Positions 20,414-32,000 of a DNA stretch of 64,000 bases are shown piece by piece. The position numbers and the translations under genes are program-made. The stretch covers positions 64,001 through 128,000 of the forward strand of contig JBMNLZ010000002.1 of assembly GCA_050953065.1 (NCBI GenBank). The letters run 5' to 3'. The notes under the pieces are model-generated. The model was not told where the DNA came from. It saw only the letters and a list, made by a program, of their open reading frames with translations, and did not search any database. The DNA comes from Bacilli bacterium (GTDB lineage Bacteria > Bacillota_I > Bacilli_A > ML615J-28 > CAG-698). The first letter of the stretch is position 1. Each line of letters opens with the position of its first letter.

Positions 20414-20847
20414 ATTTTTAGCTCCTTTATTTTAACTTTCAGCAAGCACATCTTCTAATTAACTTTTTTATCCATAAAATTTAAAAAAATTTAGTTTCTC
20501 AAAAAACGCTTTAAAATCCAACTAAAACAAGAAATTTAGATTTACTTCGATTATCCCATTTTGAAAGCACTTTAAATGGTGTTTTTTTCGCCTAGAATGA
20601 ATTATCAGTTTAGATTAGAGTAAATATAACCTAAAGGCTTAAACAACAGGGGAGCGAAAATTAGGCCTTTTTTGATTTTTTGAGATTTTAAAGGTTTTTT
20701 TAACTTTTTTTCACCACTTATTTTCTTAATTTTTATATATTATAACACAGCTTTTTTTATTATTCAATTAGGATTATCTTTATGTTTTTTTAAAAAAATT
20801 TTTTTAACAATTTTTTTAAAATTATTTACTCTAAAAAAAGAAGTTTT

Positions 20848-21393
20848 TTAAACAACTTCTTTTAATTTATAATCTCTTAAAATTTTTAAAACAATTAAGC
20901 CAATTAGGATACTAGAGATAAGCGAAATTAAAACTAAGATCCCACCATAATAAATTACGATATCGTAAAAAGAAAAAAGAATTGTTGAAACAAATAATTG
21001 TCCTATTATATGTAAAAAACCACCAATAGCGCTCACTCCCACAGGCGATATTCTTTCTTTTAGAAACTTTTTAAAGATAACCATCCCTAAAAAGCTTAAA
21101 AGCGTCCCAACTAAACTAATAACAAAAGCAACAAATCCACCCAAAATAAAACCTACTATCAAAACTTTTAATAACGCTATGATTAAAGATTCTCTTACTT
21201 TAAACAAATAAATGCTTAAAAGGACCACAATATTAGCAAGTCCTATTTTTGTTGGAACAAAAGGCAGAACTAAACTTGATAAATACTTATCAACAAGTGA
21301 TAATATTATTCCAACCGCAACCAAAAGACTAATTAAAGTAAGTCTTTGGGTCTTATTATTAGAAAGTTTTAAAAAACTATTGTTATTTTCCAT
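20848..21393 (-). CDS. Gx transporter family (heptaprenyl diphosphate synthase component I-like) membrane protein
   Basis: KIGLANIV, GVSAIGGFLHIIGQL; multiple TM segments. Confidence 0.8.
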   Translation of the reverse strand: MENNNSFLKLSNNKTQRLTLISLLVAVGIILSLVDKYLSSLVLPFVPTKIGLANIVVLLSIYLFKVRESLIIALLKVLIVGFILGGFVAFVISLVGTLLSFLGMVIFKKFLKERISPVGVSAIGGFLHIIGQLFVSTILFSFYDIVIYYGGILVLISLISSILIGLIVLKILRDYKLKEVV

Positions 21394-21496
21394 TAAACTA
21401 TCCTCAAAATAATTCTATATTATTTTTGCGTTTTGTCAAGAAATGGTTTATAATTAATTTAGACTTTAAAAAAAAATATATTAGGAGGTTTTATCT

Positions 21497-21895
21497 ATGT
21501 GTGTGTTTTGTAAAATCGTAAAAGGGGAGATTCCTTCATATAAAGTTTATGAAGATGAAAATTATTTAGCTTTTCTAGATATTTCACAAGCTACTTTAGG
21601 TCATACTTTAGTAATTCCTAAAGCACATTATGAAAATTTTTTAGATTTAAAAAATCCTGGGAAAATTTTTGAATTAACTCAAAAAATTACTACAAAAATT
21701 TCTAAAACATTGAATGTTAGTGATTTTAACATCCTAAATAACACTGGAATTAAAGCCGGACAAACAGTAAATCACTTCCATTTACATATCATTCCAAGAT
21801 ATAAAGAAAACGATCTACTTTTAGAGTTTAAAAAGAACTCTTTAACTAAAGAAGATTTCACCAATTTATTAAACAAAATAACAGCTCCTTTTTAG
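21497..21895 (+). CDS. HIT family protein
   Basis: CVFCKI..GEIP, GHTLVIPK.H, AGQTVNHFHLHIIPR. Confidence 0.95.
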   Translation: MCVFCKIVKGEIPSYKVYEDENYLAFLDISQATLGHTLVIPKAHYENFLDLKNPGKIFELTQKITTKISKTLNVSDFNILNNTGIKAGQTVNHFHLHIIPRYKENDLLLEFKKNSLTKEDFTNLLNKITAPF

Positions 21896-21909
21896 GAGCT
21901 GTTTTGTTT
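21871..21909. terminator. bidirectional intrinsic terminator
   Basis: AACAGCTCCT-TTTT-AGGAGCTGTT hairpin flanked by A/T runs, between convergent genes. Confidence 0.8.
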
Positions 21910-22240
21910 ATAAAACAGGATAAGTAAAGTATAAAAAGAAGAACCACAATACCAAGCATACAATTGATGCTATATTTAAAACTAGAATAATTTTAAATTT
22001 ATAAAATTCTCTAACTTTTCTTGAAAAAATATTAAAAGAAAAAGAAATTAAAACGATAAATGCTCCTAGAATAGTTACTTCCCAAAAAAGTGGCATTAAA
22101 GCAACAATTGCACCAATTATCGCAAGGATAAAAGCACCTCTTTCAAGGCTTGTTGAGCGATAATTCTTTAAATCTTCGTTGCAATATAAACAATTATCAT
22201 TATAAGATGTTAATTTTTTTCCACAAGTAGGACATCTCAT
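21908..22240 (-). CDS. zinc-ribbon membrane protein
   Basis: CPTCG...CLYC followed by 3 TM segments. Confidence 0.75.
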   Translation of the reverse strand: MRCPTCGKKLTSYNDNCLYCNEDLKNYRSTSLERGAFILAIIGAIVALMPLFWEVTILGAFIVLISFSFNIFSRKVREFYKFKIILVLNIASIVCLVLWFFFLYFTYPVL

Positions 22241-22250
22241 CTATTTTCTC

Positions 22251-23684
22251 CTAATTATCTTTTAAATATTTATACAGTGTTTTTACCATTACTCCTGTTG
22301 CACCAGGTGCTTCTTGATAGAAAGGCGAAGTTAAATGAGCAGTCCCAGCAATATCTAAATGAGCCCATGAAGTCGTAGCAGAAATAAACTCTTCAATAAA
22401 AGCAGCTGCACTGCTTACTCCCATTCCTCTACCTGATGCGTTTTTAACGTCTGCAACATCGCTTTTTCTAACCTTTTCTCTGATAAAATCTGTGATTGGT
22501 AATTGCCACAAATGTTCGTTTGCTATTTTACTAGCTTCTATTATATCATCAATTAACTTTTGATCGTTTCCAAGAATTCCTGTTGTATAATCACCTAATG
22601 CTGTAACTACAGCTCCAGTTAAAGTAGCAAGGTCTATTATTCTTTTGGCATTTTTGCTTTCAGCAAAACAAACTGCATCAGCTAGAGTAAGTCTACCCTC
22701 AGCATCTGTTGAAATAATCTCAATTGTTTTTTTATTCATGGCAGTTAATACATCATCTGGAAGTAGCGCCTCACCATTAATTCTATTATCTGTTGCACAA
22801 ATTACAACAGAAATATTTCTCTTTATCTTATTAGTAACAATCGCTTCAAATATACCAAGAACAGTTGCTGCTCCTGCCATATCGTTTTTCATTGTAGCCA
22901 TTGATGATTTTAAATCATAGCCACCAGTATCATACATTAACCCTTTGCCAACTAAAGCAGTTAAATCTTCATCTTTCCCGTTATATTCTAAATAGATTAG
23001 TTTTGGTTTTGCAACAGAACCTTTATTAACCCCTAAAAATGCATTCATACCTAAAGCTTTAATCTCTTCTTTTTCATAAATTTTATACTTTACTTTATCG
23101 CTCTTTAATCTTTCGCACATTGCAACAGCATAGTTTGCAAGGTCTTCTGCTGATAAGTAGTTATAAGGTTTATTAACTAAATCACGAGTTTTATTAACAA
23201 TTTCATAAAGATTAAAATATTCATCTAACGCTTTAATATCTTTATAATCTGTTAAAACATTAAATGTATATTTTTTAGCCTTTTTAACACTTTTACATTC
23301 TTCATAACTATATTCATAATAACTATTAATATCAATCATTGCTCTTAAGGCATCAAACTCATCTAAAGAATCAATAAAAGTTTTTGAATCTATAACTAAA
23401 TCAGAATCGGCTCCTAAAGTTAAAGCTTTAACTGCTCCTTCTAAACCTCTTATACTATATTCGCCTTTTTTCCCTAACCCTACAACATATACAGTTTTAT
23501 TAGCTATCTTTTTAAATGTTGGAATCTTATTAATTTTGTTTTTTTCTAAAGATATTATCTTTTCTTCTACTAATTCGTTTAAGTCGTTTGAAAAACTACC
23601 TAAAACACTAATTTTTTCATCACTAAAAGCACCAATTACTAGTGGTAAATCTAACAAGTCATTTTTGTTTATAAATTTAATCAT
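22251..23684 (-). CDS. pepA: M17 leucyl aminopeptidase
   Basis: VGKGLMYDTGG, MKNDMAGAA, STDAEGRLTLAD, DLATLTGA, WAHLDIAG. Confidence 0.93.
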   Translation of the reverse strand: MIKFINKNDLLDLPLVIGAFSDEKISVLGSFSNDLNELVEEKIISLEKNKINKIPTFKKIANKTVYVVGLGKKGEYSIRGLEGAVKALTLGADSDLVIDSKTFIDSLDEFDALRAMIDINSYYEYSYEECKSVKKAKKYTFNVLTDYKDIKALDEYFNLYEIVNKTRDLVNKPYNYLSAEDLANYAVAMCERLKSDKVKYKIYEKEEIKALGMNAFLGVNKGSVAKPKLIYLEYNGKDEDLTALVGKGLMYDTGGYDLKSSMATMKNDMAGAATVLGIFEAIVTNKIKRNISVVICATDNRINGEALLPDDVLTAMNKKTIEIISTDAEGRLTLADAVCFAESKNAKRIIDLATLTGAVVTALGDYTTGILGNDQKLIDDIIEASKIANEHLWQLPITDFIREKVRKSDVADVKNASGRGMGVSSAAAFIEEFISATTSWAHLDIAGTAHLTSPFYQEAPGATGVMVKTLYKYLKDN

Positions 23685-23694
23685 TCTTCTTCTC

Positions 23695-24969
23695 CTATTT
23701 AATATATTCTTTATTTAAATACGGAATTAAAACATCCGGTATTTTTATACTTCCATCTTCTTGTTGGTAGTTTTCAAGAATTGCTACCATAGTTCTTCCC
23801 ACAGCCAAACCAGAGCCGTTTAACGTATGAACAAACTCTAATTTAGAATCTTTATCACGCCTAAACCTAATATTCCCACGACGTGCTTGATAATCCTCAG
23901 CGTTAGAAATACTTCCAATCTCTCGATACGTATTTTGACCCGGAAGCCAAACTTCAATATCATAAGTTTTAGCCATTCCAAACCCCATATCTCCGCTACA
24001 AAGCGATACAACTCGATACGGTATCTTTAATTCTTTTAAAATTGACTCAGAATCTTCTAACATTTTTTCAAGTTCATTATATGATTCTTCTGGAGTGCTA
24101 AATTTAATAAGTTCTACCTTATTAAATTGATGCATTCTAATAAGTCCTCTTGTGTCTCTACCTGCACTTCCTGCCTCTGATCTAAAAGCTGTTGTATAGC
24201 TAACATATTTGATTGGTAATTCTTCTAAAGATAATATTTCATCTCTGTGCATATTAATAGTTGGAACTTCTGCTGTTGGATTTAAATACCACTCACCATT
24301 TCCATTAGCAATTCTAAAAGCATCATCACTAAACTTTGGTAACTGTCCGGTTGCAAACATGCTATCTTTACTTACAATATATGGAGGTAGCACCGCTTTA
24401 TAACCCTTCTTTTCATGATGGGTTAACATAAACATAATTAAAGCCATCTCTAAAATTGCAGCATCTCCTTTTAATATCGCAAAGCGACTTCCTGTAACCT
24501 TACTTGCTCTTTCAAAGTCTAGGATGTTTAACTTTTCACCAAGCTCAAAATGTTCTTTTGGTTTAAAATTAAATTTTGTTGGTTCTAAAAATTTTTTTAT
24601 TTCTTTGTTTTCTGTTTCATCTTTCCCAAGAGGAACACTTTTATCTAAAAGATTTGGAGTGTTTAAAAGAGTCCATTTAATTTCTTCTTCAATTTCTGCA
24701 ACCTGTTTATCTAATTCATCAATTTCTTCTTTAATTGATGACACTCTTTCCATGATGCTTGTAGCATCTTTTTTTTCTCTTTTTAATTCACCAATTAATT
24801 TACTCTTATCGTTTCTTTCTTTTTTTAGGGTTTCAACCTCAACAAGCAAATTCCTTTTTTTAACATCTTTTTCTTTAATCTCTTTTAAATAACTAAAGTC
24901 TTTTCCTCTAGTATTAAGGTTTTTAATTACTGCATCAACATCATCTCTTATTAATTTAATATCAATCAT
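23695..24969 (-). CDS. serS: serine--tRNA ligase
   Basis: N-terminal coiled coil; PTAEVP, FRSEAGSAGRDTRGLIRMHQF, HTLNGSGLAVGR. Confidence 0.98.
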   Translation of the reverse strand: MIDIKLIRDDVDAVIKNLNTRGKDFSYLKEIKEKDVKKRNLLVEVETLKKERNDKSKLIGELKREKKDATSIMERVSSIKEEIDELDKQVAEIEEEIKWTLLNTPNLLDKSVPLGKDETENKEIKKFLEPTKFNFKPKEHFELGEKLNILDFERASKVTGSRFAILKGDAAILEMALIMFMLTHHEKKGYKAVLPPYIVSKDSMFATGQLPKFSDDAFRIANGNGEWYLNPTAEVPTINMHRDEILSLEELPIKYVSYTTAFRSEAGSAGRDTRGLIRMHQFNKVELIKFSTPEESYNELEKMLEDSESILKELKIPYRVVSLCSGDMGFGMAKTYDIEVWLPGQNTYREIGSISNAEDYQARRGNIRFRRDKDSKLEFVHTLNGSGLAVGRTMVAILENYQQEDGSIKIPDVLIPYLNKEYIK

Positions 24970-24992
24970 TTTTATCTCTCCTTATATATAAA

Positions 24993-25215
24993 TAAAAAAC
25001 GCCCCTAAAAATTAGGGACGAATTTTCCGTGGTGCCACCCTAGTTAAGGCCTAAATTTTAAACCTCACTTATTTTGCTGATATCGGAGCACCCCGGAAGT
25101 GATTAGCTTCTCCTAAAAGGTAGATTTCAAATAAAGTTATTGTTAATTTTCACCAACCATTAACTCTCTTTTTAAATAACTTCTATTTTACTTAGTCCTT
25201 TTTAAAACGGATTTA
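24993..25215 (-). promoter_or_regulatory. T-box riboswitch leader of serS (specifier UCU = Ser)
   Basis: Minus strand: AGAGAG and GGTGAAA stem I motifs; GAAA-TCT-ACC specifier (25122-25124); T-box AGGGTGGCACCACGG; terminator CGTCCCTAA-TTT-TTAGGGGCG-TTTTTT. Promoter TTGACA(25246-51)-N17-TATAAT(25223-28). Confidence 0.92.
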
Positions 25216-25253
25216 TAAAACAATTATAATCAACAAAGTTATCTTTGTCAATA

Positions 25254-27923
25254 TTATTCTTCCTCATCTATAAATGTATAATCAATATCATATTGGAATT
25301 GTTCTTTCAAATCTCCTTCTTCATTGATTTCATCTTCTTCATCTCGAGGAACAACCGCAATATGAGCAACTAAATGATCATCTTTTAATTTAATAACTCT
25401 AACACCTTGTGTATCGCGACCTATTTTTCTAATTTCATCAACATGAGCTCTTATAATCATTCCTTTATCAGTAATAATCATAACATCCTCATCACCTCTT
25501 ACAGTTTCAAAAGCTACTAAATTACCATTCTTTTCGGTTGTATTTAACGCTTTAACACCTTTTCCACCCTTATCTTGGACTCTAAAAGCATCTACGTTAG
25601 TTCTCTTACCATAACCACCTTCAGTAACAATTAGAATTTCATCCCCATCAGTATTAACAATCGCCATACCAACAGCTCTTTCTTTTTCTTCATCTTCTAA
25701 CTTGATACCTCTAACTCCGGCTGAAATTCGTTTCATCGGGCGAACTCTTGATTCACTAAATCTAATGGCTTTCCCATTTGATGCTCCAAGAATAATATCT
25801 TTTTCACCATCTGTAATTCCAACCTCAAATAACTCATCGCCTTCTTTTAGAATGATTGCTTTAATTCCTGTTGATCTGATATTTCTAAAAGCTGAAATTT
25901 CAGTTTTCTTAACAACTCCAGATCTTGTTGCAAACATTAAGTAACCTTCTCTGTTATCAATATCATCAATATTAACAACAGTTGCTAACTCTTCACCTTC
26001 TTCAAACTCTAGCAAGTTAACAATTGGTAGTCCTTTTGCAGTTCTACTAAAGATTGGTATTTGGAAGGCTCTTAGTTTATAAACTTTACCTAAATTGCTA
26101 AAGAATAGTAGCGTATCGTGAGTTGAAGTGTAAAGCACTCTTTCAACAAAATCATCCTCAACCATCTTAGCACCGGTTACCCCTTGGCCACCTTTTCTTT
26201 GCACTCTATAAGTATCTACAGTCATTCGTTTAACATAACCACGATTTGTTACTGTGATAATGACATCTTCTTCTGGAATTAAGTCTTCGTCTTCTATTTC
26301 AAGTTCATCACTTAGACTTATTTCACTCCTTCTTTCATCACCATATTTTTCTTTTATTTCAATTAACTCACTAACGATAATTTTTAATTTCTTATCGTGA
26401 TGTCTTAATATATCTTTATATTCTTGAATCGCTTTCTTTAATTCAGCCATTTCTTCTTTAAGTTTATCAACTTCTAAAGAAGTTAAACTTTGAAGACGCA
26501 TTTCTAAAATAGATCTAGCTTGAATTTCTGTTAGATTAAGAGTTCTCATTAATTCATTTGATGCATCATCTCTATTCTTTGATTTTTTAATTAATTGAAC
26601 TACAAAATCAATATCTGCTAAAGCAACTAACAGCCCTTCAACAATATGAGCTCTATCTTCTGCTTTTTTTAAGTCAAACTGAATTCTTCTAGTTAAAACA
26701 TCAATTTGGTGCTCAAGATAATAATTTAACATTTCTTTAATGTTTAAAACCTTTGGTTGACCTTTAACAAGTGCAAGCATATTGATTCCAAAAGTAGCTT
26801 GAAGTTGAGTATATTTAAATAAATTATTAACGACAACATTTGCATTAACATCACGTCTTAAATCAACTACAATTCTCATTCCTTTTCTATTAGATTCATC
26901 TGCTAATCCAACAATTCCATCAATTATCTTATCTTTAACAGTATCTGCAATTCGTTCGATTAGTTTTGCTTTATTAACTTGATAAGGAATTTCTGTAATA
27001 ATGATTTGAGATTTATTACCATGTGTTTCTTTAATCTCTAGTTTTCCTCTAATTGTAATAGCGCCATTTCCAGTCATGTAAGCTTTTCTTACTTGACTTA
27101 GTCCCATAATGCAACCACCCGTTGGAAAGTCAGGGCCTTTAATATACATCATCAAACCTTCAATTGAAATGTTTGGATCTTTTATTAACGCTAAAAGCCC
27201 ATCAATTACTTCTGTTAGATTGTGAGGTGGGATGTTTGTTGCCATACCAACTGCAATCCCTGTTGCCCCATTTACTAAAATGTTAGGGAACTTACAAGGA
27301 AGAACGCTTGGTTCTTTTTCGCTACCATCATAGTTGTCTTCAAAGTTAACTGTATTTTTATTTAAATCTTTAAGCAGCTCCATTGATACCTTAGACATTC
27401 TAGCTTCAGTATAACGCATCGCCGCTGCTCCATCACCGTCAACCGAACCAAAGTTACCATGGCCATCTACCAAAGGATATCTATAACTAAAATCTTGAGC
27501 CATTCTAACCATAGCATCATATACTGCAGTATCACCATGTGGGTGGTACTTACCAATAACCTCACCAACAATTCTGGCTGATTTTTTAAAAGGTTTATCA
27601 GAATGCATTCCTAAATCATTCATTGCATATAGAATTCTTCTGTGAACTGGTTTCATCCCGTCTCTTACATCTGGTAAAGCTCTTGCTACAATTACACTCA
27701 TCGCATAGCTTAAGAACGAGGTTTTCATTTCTTTTGTTAAGTCAATTTCTCTAACGCTTAGTTTTTCTTGACTTATAACCTCAGCCTCTTCATTTGAGGC
27801 ATCTTCTATATCCTCTTTTTCTTCTAATGATGAAGTATCTTCGTTATCTTCTTCTTTTTCTTCATCTTTTTCGTCAAAATCTTCTTCGATTATTTCATCA
27901 TCTTTGTTTTTATTTTCATCCAT
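25254..27923 (-). CDS. gyrA: DNA gyrase subunit A
   Basis: [26 protein letters not shown], GyrA-box-like QRKGGQG; long acidic N-terminal extension. Confidence 0.97.
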   Translation of the reverse strand: MDENKNKDDEIIEEDFDEKDEEKEEDNEDTSSLEEKEDIEDASNEEAEVISQEKLSVREIDLTKEMKTSFLSYAMSVIVARALPDVRDGMKPVHRRILYAMNDLGMHSDKPFKKSARIVGEVIGKYHPHGDTAVYDAMVRMAQDFSYRYPLVDGHGNFGSVDGDGAAAMRYTEARMSKVSMELLKDLNKNTVNFEDNYDGSEKEPSVLPCKFPNILVNGATGIAVGMATNIPPHNLTEVIDGLLALIKDPNISIEGLMMYIKGPDFPTGGCIMGLSQVRKAYMTGNGAITIRGKLEIKETHGNKSQIIITEIPYQVNKAKLIERIADTVKDKIIDGIVGLADESNRKGMRIVVDLRRDVNANVVVNNLFKYTQLQATFGINMLALVKGQPKVLNIKEMLNYYLEHQIDVLTRRIQFDLKKAEDRAHIVEGLLVALADIDFVVQLIKKSKNRDDASNELMRTLNLTEIQARSILEMRLQSLTSLEVDKLKEEMAELKKAIQEYKDILRHHDKKLKIIVSELIEIKEKYGDERRSEISLSDELEIEDEDLIPEEDVIITVTNRGYVKRMTVDTYRVQRKGGQGVTGAKMVEDDFVERVLYTSTHDTLLFFSNLGKVYKLRAFQIPIFSRTAKGLPIVNLLEFEEGEELATVVNIDDIDNREGYLMFATRSGVVKKTEISAFRNIRSTGIKAIILKEGDELFEVGITDGEKDIILGASNGKAIRFSESRVRPMKRISAGVRGIKLEDEEKERAVGMAIVNTDGDEILIVTEGGYGKRTNVDAFRVQDKGGKGVKALNTTEKNGNLVAFETVRGDEDVMIITDKGMIIRAHVDEIRKIGRDTQGVRVIKLKDDHLVAHIAVVPRDEEDEINEEGDLKEQFQYDIDYTFIDEEE

Positions 27924-27938
27924 TTTATAATCTCCAAA

Positions 27939-29870
27939 TTAAATATCTAAATTTTCAACATAAACTGCATTTTCTTCAATAAACTCTCTACGAGGTTCGA
28001 CCTCATCTCCCATCAATTTTCTAAAAACATCATCTTCTGCAATTGCATCAGACAAAGTTACTTGTAATAGGGTTCTGTTTTCTGGATCCATTGTTGTTTC
28101 CCAAAGTTGTTCTGGATTCATTTCTCCTAACCCTTTATAACGTTGAATATTTGGTTTTGGAGTTTTTGAGAATCTTTCTAAAATTCTTTGCAGTTCGTTA
28201 TCTGAATATGCATAGGCCACCTTTTTGTTTTGAGAAACCTTATATAATGGTGGTTGAGCAATATATACATAACCTTCTTTAATTAAAGGCTTCATGTGCC
28301 TATAAAGGAAAGTTAGTAATAACGTTCTAATATGCGCTCCGTCAACATCAGCATCGGTCATGATTATAATTTTGTGGTAACGTGCATTTTCAATTTTAAA
28401 ATCATCACCAATACCAGTTCCAAAAGCTTGAATCATTGATAAAATTTCTTTGTTTGCTAGAATTCTATCTAACCTTGCTTTTTCAACATTTAAAACCTTA
28501 CCTCTTAAAGGTAAAATAGCTTGAATTTCACTATCTCTACCTTGTCTTGCAGACCCTCCCGCTGAATCACCTTCGACTATATAAATTTCTGCTTTAGTTG
28601 GATCTTTCTCACGACAATCAGATAATTTTGATGCAAAGCCTAAACTATCTAAAGGGCTTTTTCTTCTTGTTGCTTCTCTTGCTTTTTTAGCAGCAATTCT
28701 TGCTCTACTTGCTAAAATTGATTTTTCAATAATCTCTTTAGCCATTCCTGGATTTTCTATTAAAAATCTTTCTAATCCTTCAGATAAGATTTGAGAAGTT
28801 ATTTTTCTAACCTCAACATTCCCGAGTTTAGCTTTTGTTTGCCCTTCAAATTGTGGGTTTGGGTGTCTACAACTAATAATAGCAGTTAAACCTTCTCTAA
28901 CATCATCTCCAGTAAAGGCTTCATCTTTTTTTAAGATATTACTGTTTTTACCATAAGCGTTTAGAACTCTTGTTAAACTATTTCTAAAACCTTCCTCATG
29001 TGTTCCACCATCTGGAGTAAAAATATTGTTAATAAACGAATATATATTACTATTATAGTCATCTGTATATTGCAAAGCCATTTCTATTTCAATATTATCG
29101 CTTTCGCCACTAATATAAATAATTGTTGCATGTATTGGGTTTTTAGATTTATTTAAATAACTTACATATTCTTTAATCCCACCTTCATAACAATAATGAA
29201 CCTTTCTTGGTTGTTCTGGATTTCTGTTGTCCATCAAAGTTATCGCTAGCCCTTTGTTTAAGAAAGCACATTGTTGGAATCTCGTTCTTAGAGTTTCAAA
29301 GTCATAATCTGTACCTTCTTTAAAAATTTCAGGATCAGCAGAAAACGTAACTCTTGTTCCACTTAATTCTGTTTCACCAATCTCTTTTAGCGGATAAAGA
29401 CGTTTCCCTTTACTAAATTCTTGTTGGTATTCTTTTCCTTCTTTCCAAATGGTAACCTTCAAACTTTCACTTAAAGCGTTAACTACACTAGCTCCAACTC
29501 CGTGCAAACCACCAGAAACCTTATAAGAAGACCCGTCAAACTTACCACCAGCATGTAGAATTGTAAAAACAGCCTCTGCTGCCGACTCTTTAGTTTTTGG
29601 GTGAATATCTACAGGTATCCCACGTCCGTTATCGGTTACTTGAATTACATTGTTTGGAAGGATTTCAATTTCTATGTGTGTACAAAAGCCCGCTAAGGCC
29701 TCATCAATTGAGTTATCCACAATTTCCCAAACCAAATGATGAAGTCCCCTTGGTCCTGTTGAGCCAATATACATCCCGGGACGCTTTCTGACCGCTTCTA
29801 ACCCCTCTAAGAGTTGAATATTGGATGCTCCATAATCATGTTGATTTGGATTTGTATTTTCTTTATCCAT
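27939..29870 (-). CDS. gyrB: DNA gyrase subunit B
   Basis: [46 protein letters not shown]. Confidence 0.98.
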   Translation of the reverse strand: MDKENTNPNQHDYGASNIQLLEGLEAVRKRPGMYIGSTGPRGLHHLVWEIVDNSIDEALAGFCTHIEIEILPNNVIQVTDNGRGIPVDIHPKTKESAAEAVFTILHAGGKFDGSSYKVSGGLHGVGASVVNALSESLKVTIWKEGKEYQQEFSKGKRLYPLKEIGETELSGTRVTFSADPEIFKEGTDYDFETLRTRFQQCAFLNKGLAITLMDNRNPEQPRKVHYCYEGGIKEYVSYLNKSKNPIHATIIYISGESDNIEIEMALQYTDDYNSNIYSFINNIFTPDGGTHEEGFRNSLTRVLNAYGKNSNILKKDEAFTGDDVREGLTAIISCRHPNPQFEGQTKAKLGNVEVRKITSQILSEGLERFLIENPGMAKEIIEKSILASRARIAAKKAREATRRKSPLDSLGFASKLSDCREKDPTKAEIYIVEGDSAGGSARQGRDSEIQAILPLRGKVLNVEKARLDRILANKEILSMIQAFGTGIGDDFKIENARYHKIIIMTDADVDGAHIRTLLLTFLYRHMKPLIKEGYVYIAQPPLYKVSQNKKVAYAYSDNELQRILERFSKTPKPNIQRYKGLGEMNPEQLWETTMDPENRTLLQVTLSDAIAEDDVFRKLMGDEVEPRREFIEENAVYVENLDI

Positions 29871-30933
29871 TCAAAACACCACCTTTTTCTACTTTTATAA
29901 TTTTACTTTTATTTAATATTTCCTTTTCAATTAGATTAATTGAAGTTGTTGTAATAAAAATCTGATTCCCTTTTTCAAGCAAACTCATTAATTGGTTTTG
30001 CCTGATTTCATCTAATTCTGAAAAAACATCATCTAAAATCACTATTATCTCTTTTTTCTTAGAAATTAAGTACTCTCCAAGTGCAAACTTCAAAGCTATA
30101 CAAACTGTTTTCTTTTGACCTTGAGAACCATAAGCACAACAATCAACATCGTTTATCAACACTATAAAATCATCTTTGTGTGGACCAACGTTGGTATTTT
30201 TAGTAATTTCATCCCTTTGTAAACTGTTTTTAAAGTTTTCCTCATAGTTTTCCACATTTGTGTTTGGGTTATACACAATCTTCCCCATGTCTGTTTTCTT
30301 AGAAATGATGTTTTCCTTATTTTCAAAATAAGGATTTAAGCTTTTTATAAACTCTTCTCTTTTAGAAACAATGGCTTTTCCAACCTTAATTAATTCGTCT
30401 CCATAGATATCTAAAAGCTCTGAATCTATAATTTCTTGCTTCAAAAGATCGTTTCTTTCTTTTAAAAGTTTTTTATATCTAATTAAATCTTTTAAATAAG
30501 CCGGATCATTTTGTGAGATGCTAGAGTCTAAAAATCTCCTTCTTTCTGATGGACCGCCTTTTATAATCTCTAAATCATCTGGTCCAAAAAAAACCACACT
30601 ATAGCGTCCAACAAAGTCACTAAGTTGTTTGACCGTTTTACCGTTTATACTTATTTTTTTAGAACTTTGATCAACTATTAGGTTTATTTTTTCGGTTTTA
30701 TTGTTTTTCTCAATCCTTGCTTCAACACTAAATCCCGGTTCTCCAAACATTATAGCCTCTTTATCTATTGAAGTTCTATTTGATTTAGCAACACAAGTAT
30801 ACAAAACTGCTTCTACCAAACTTGTTTTACCCGTAGCATTTTCCCCTATTATTATATTAACACTGGGAGAAAACAAAACACGAGCTTGTTTATAACACCT
30901 AAAGTTGGCTACTTTTAATTCTTTTACATACAT
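29863..30933 (-). CDS. recF: DNA replication/repair protein RecF
   Basis: [42 protein letters not shown]. Confidence 0.95.
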   Translation of the reverse strand: MYVKELKVANFRCYKQARVLFSPSVNIIIGENATGKTSLVEAVLYTCVAKSNRTSIDKEAIMFGEPGFSVEARIEKNNKTEKINLIVDQSSKKISINGKTVKQLSDFVGRYSVVFFGPDDLEIIKGGPSERRRFLDSSISQNDPAYLKDLIRYKKLLKERNDLLKQEIIDSELLDIYGDELIKVGKAIVSKREEFIKSLNPYFENKENIISKKTDMGKIVYNPNTNVENYEENFKNSLQRDEITKNTNVGPHKDDFIVLINDVDCCAYGSQGQKKTVCIALKFALGEYLISKKKEIIVILDDVFSELDEIRQNQLMSLLEKGNQIFITTTSINLIEKEILNKSKIIKVEKGGVLNG

Positions 30934-30937
30934 AAAG

Positions 30938-31150
30938 CTATTCCTTGGTTATCATATATTCGGTTTTTAAAACTTTTATAACATCACCGCGATATAGTTT
31001 GCGTCCTCTTCTTTCTTCTTTTACCCCGTTTACCAAAACTTCTTTTATCATTAAGAAGTTTTTAGCATCAGAACCACCAGCAATTATCCCTTTAAGCTTT
31101 AAAAACTGCCCTAAAGTAATATATTCTGTATAAATTGCTACTTTTTCCAT
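30938..31150 (-). CDS. yaaA: S4-domain RNA-binding protein YaaA
   Basis: EYITLGQFLK..G....G..AK.F.....VLVNG..E.RRGRKLY.GD; upstream of recF. Confidence 0.92.
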   Translation of the reverse strand: MEKVAIYTEYITLGQFLKLKGIIAGGSDAKNFLMIKEVLVNGVKEERRGRKLYRGDVIKVLKTEYMITKE

Positions 31151-31254
31151 GTTTTAACTCCGTTTTTCTTTCTATATTATATTATACTCTTTTAATCACA
31201 AAAATACCACCTTTTTTTTACTTTTTTTTAGATTTTTTTAATTATTTAAATAAA

Positions 31255-31654
31255 GTATGTTTTTATGTATATATGTATGTATTTAACCCATCTTTTTTAT
31301 TGTTTGTTATAATTTTACAAAGATACCTCTTTATGTATATACATACAAACATATATACACTCAGTCTCCCAACCAAAAGTCTATACATACTTATATACAC
31401 ATTTATTTATATACATACAAACATACTTCCACATTTACATATTACCATATTGCATTTTTTTAAACTATGTGTTATAATATAACCATAAATATGTAAAGAG
31501 GTATATACATCTTTATTTATATACATATTTACATTTGTATGTTTATACACACAAACATATTGATGTATATACAAATATATGTTTATATGTATAAATGTAT
31601 GTATGTTTTTATTTATATACATACAAACATAAATATGTTTATATGTAAATAAAT
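31255..31654. repeat. centromere-like array of ATGT/ACAT tetramer boxes in 8-bp register (putative partition site)
   Basis: Boxes every 8 bp at 31257-31281, 31333-31357, 31389-31445 and 31491-31643 (20 consecutive positions, 15 exact, 5 with one mismatch). 24-mer TTTAT(T/G)TATATACATACAAACATA at 31330, 31402 and 31608. Confidence 0.85.
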
Positions 31655-32000
31655 ACCAAAACGGTTAAAAAAACAGTTTTGAAGAGTCAAAAAGTGAGTT
31701 TTTGGGTGTTTTTTTAAGAAAAAAATTTATGGGCTATTTTGATTTTTTGCCCCATATCCAAATAAAATTATTGTTTTAAACAAAAAAGCGATTCTAGGGC
31801 AAAATTTTGGCGGTTCTCGGCGTTTTGATTTTACGTTATTAACCCGTTTTGCCACTTACTGCTCTCGGGGGTGTTTTTTCTCACTTTTTGGTGGTGGTTC
31901 GCCAACGTGCCAAAGTTTGAAAAAGTCCTAAAACAAGCGTTTTTAAGGATCGAAGAGGTTTTTTTAAATCAAAAGCAGTTTTGTGAGATTAGCTTTTGGG

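Noticed and set aside
31135-31622. ORFs 31135..31482 (+) and 31407..31622 (-)
   Set aside because: Y/I/H/M/C-rich translations are by-products of the ATAC/ATGT array; there is no RBS.
31330-31631. 24-bp direct repeats as a CRISPR array or plasmid iterons
   Set aside because: Spacing is irregular (72, 110, 96 bp), the intervening DNA is made of the same tetramer motif rather than unique spacers, and no cas or rep gene is nearby.
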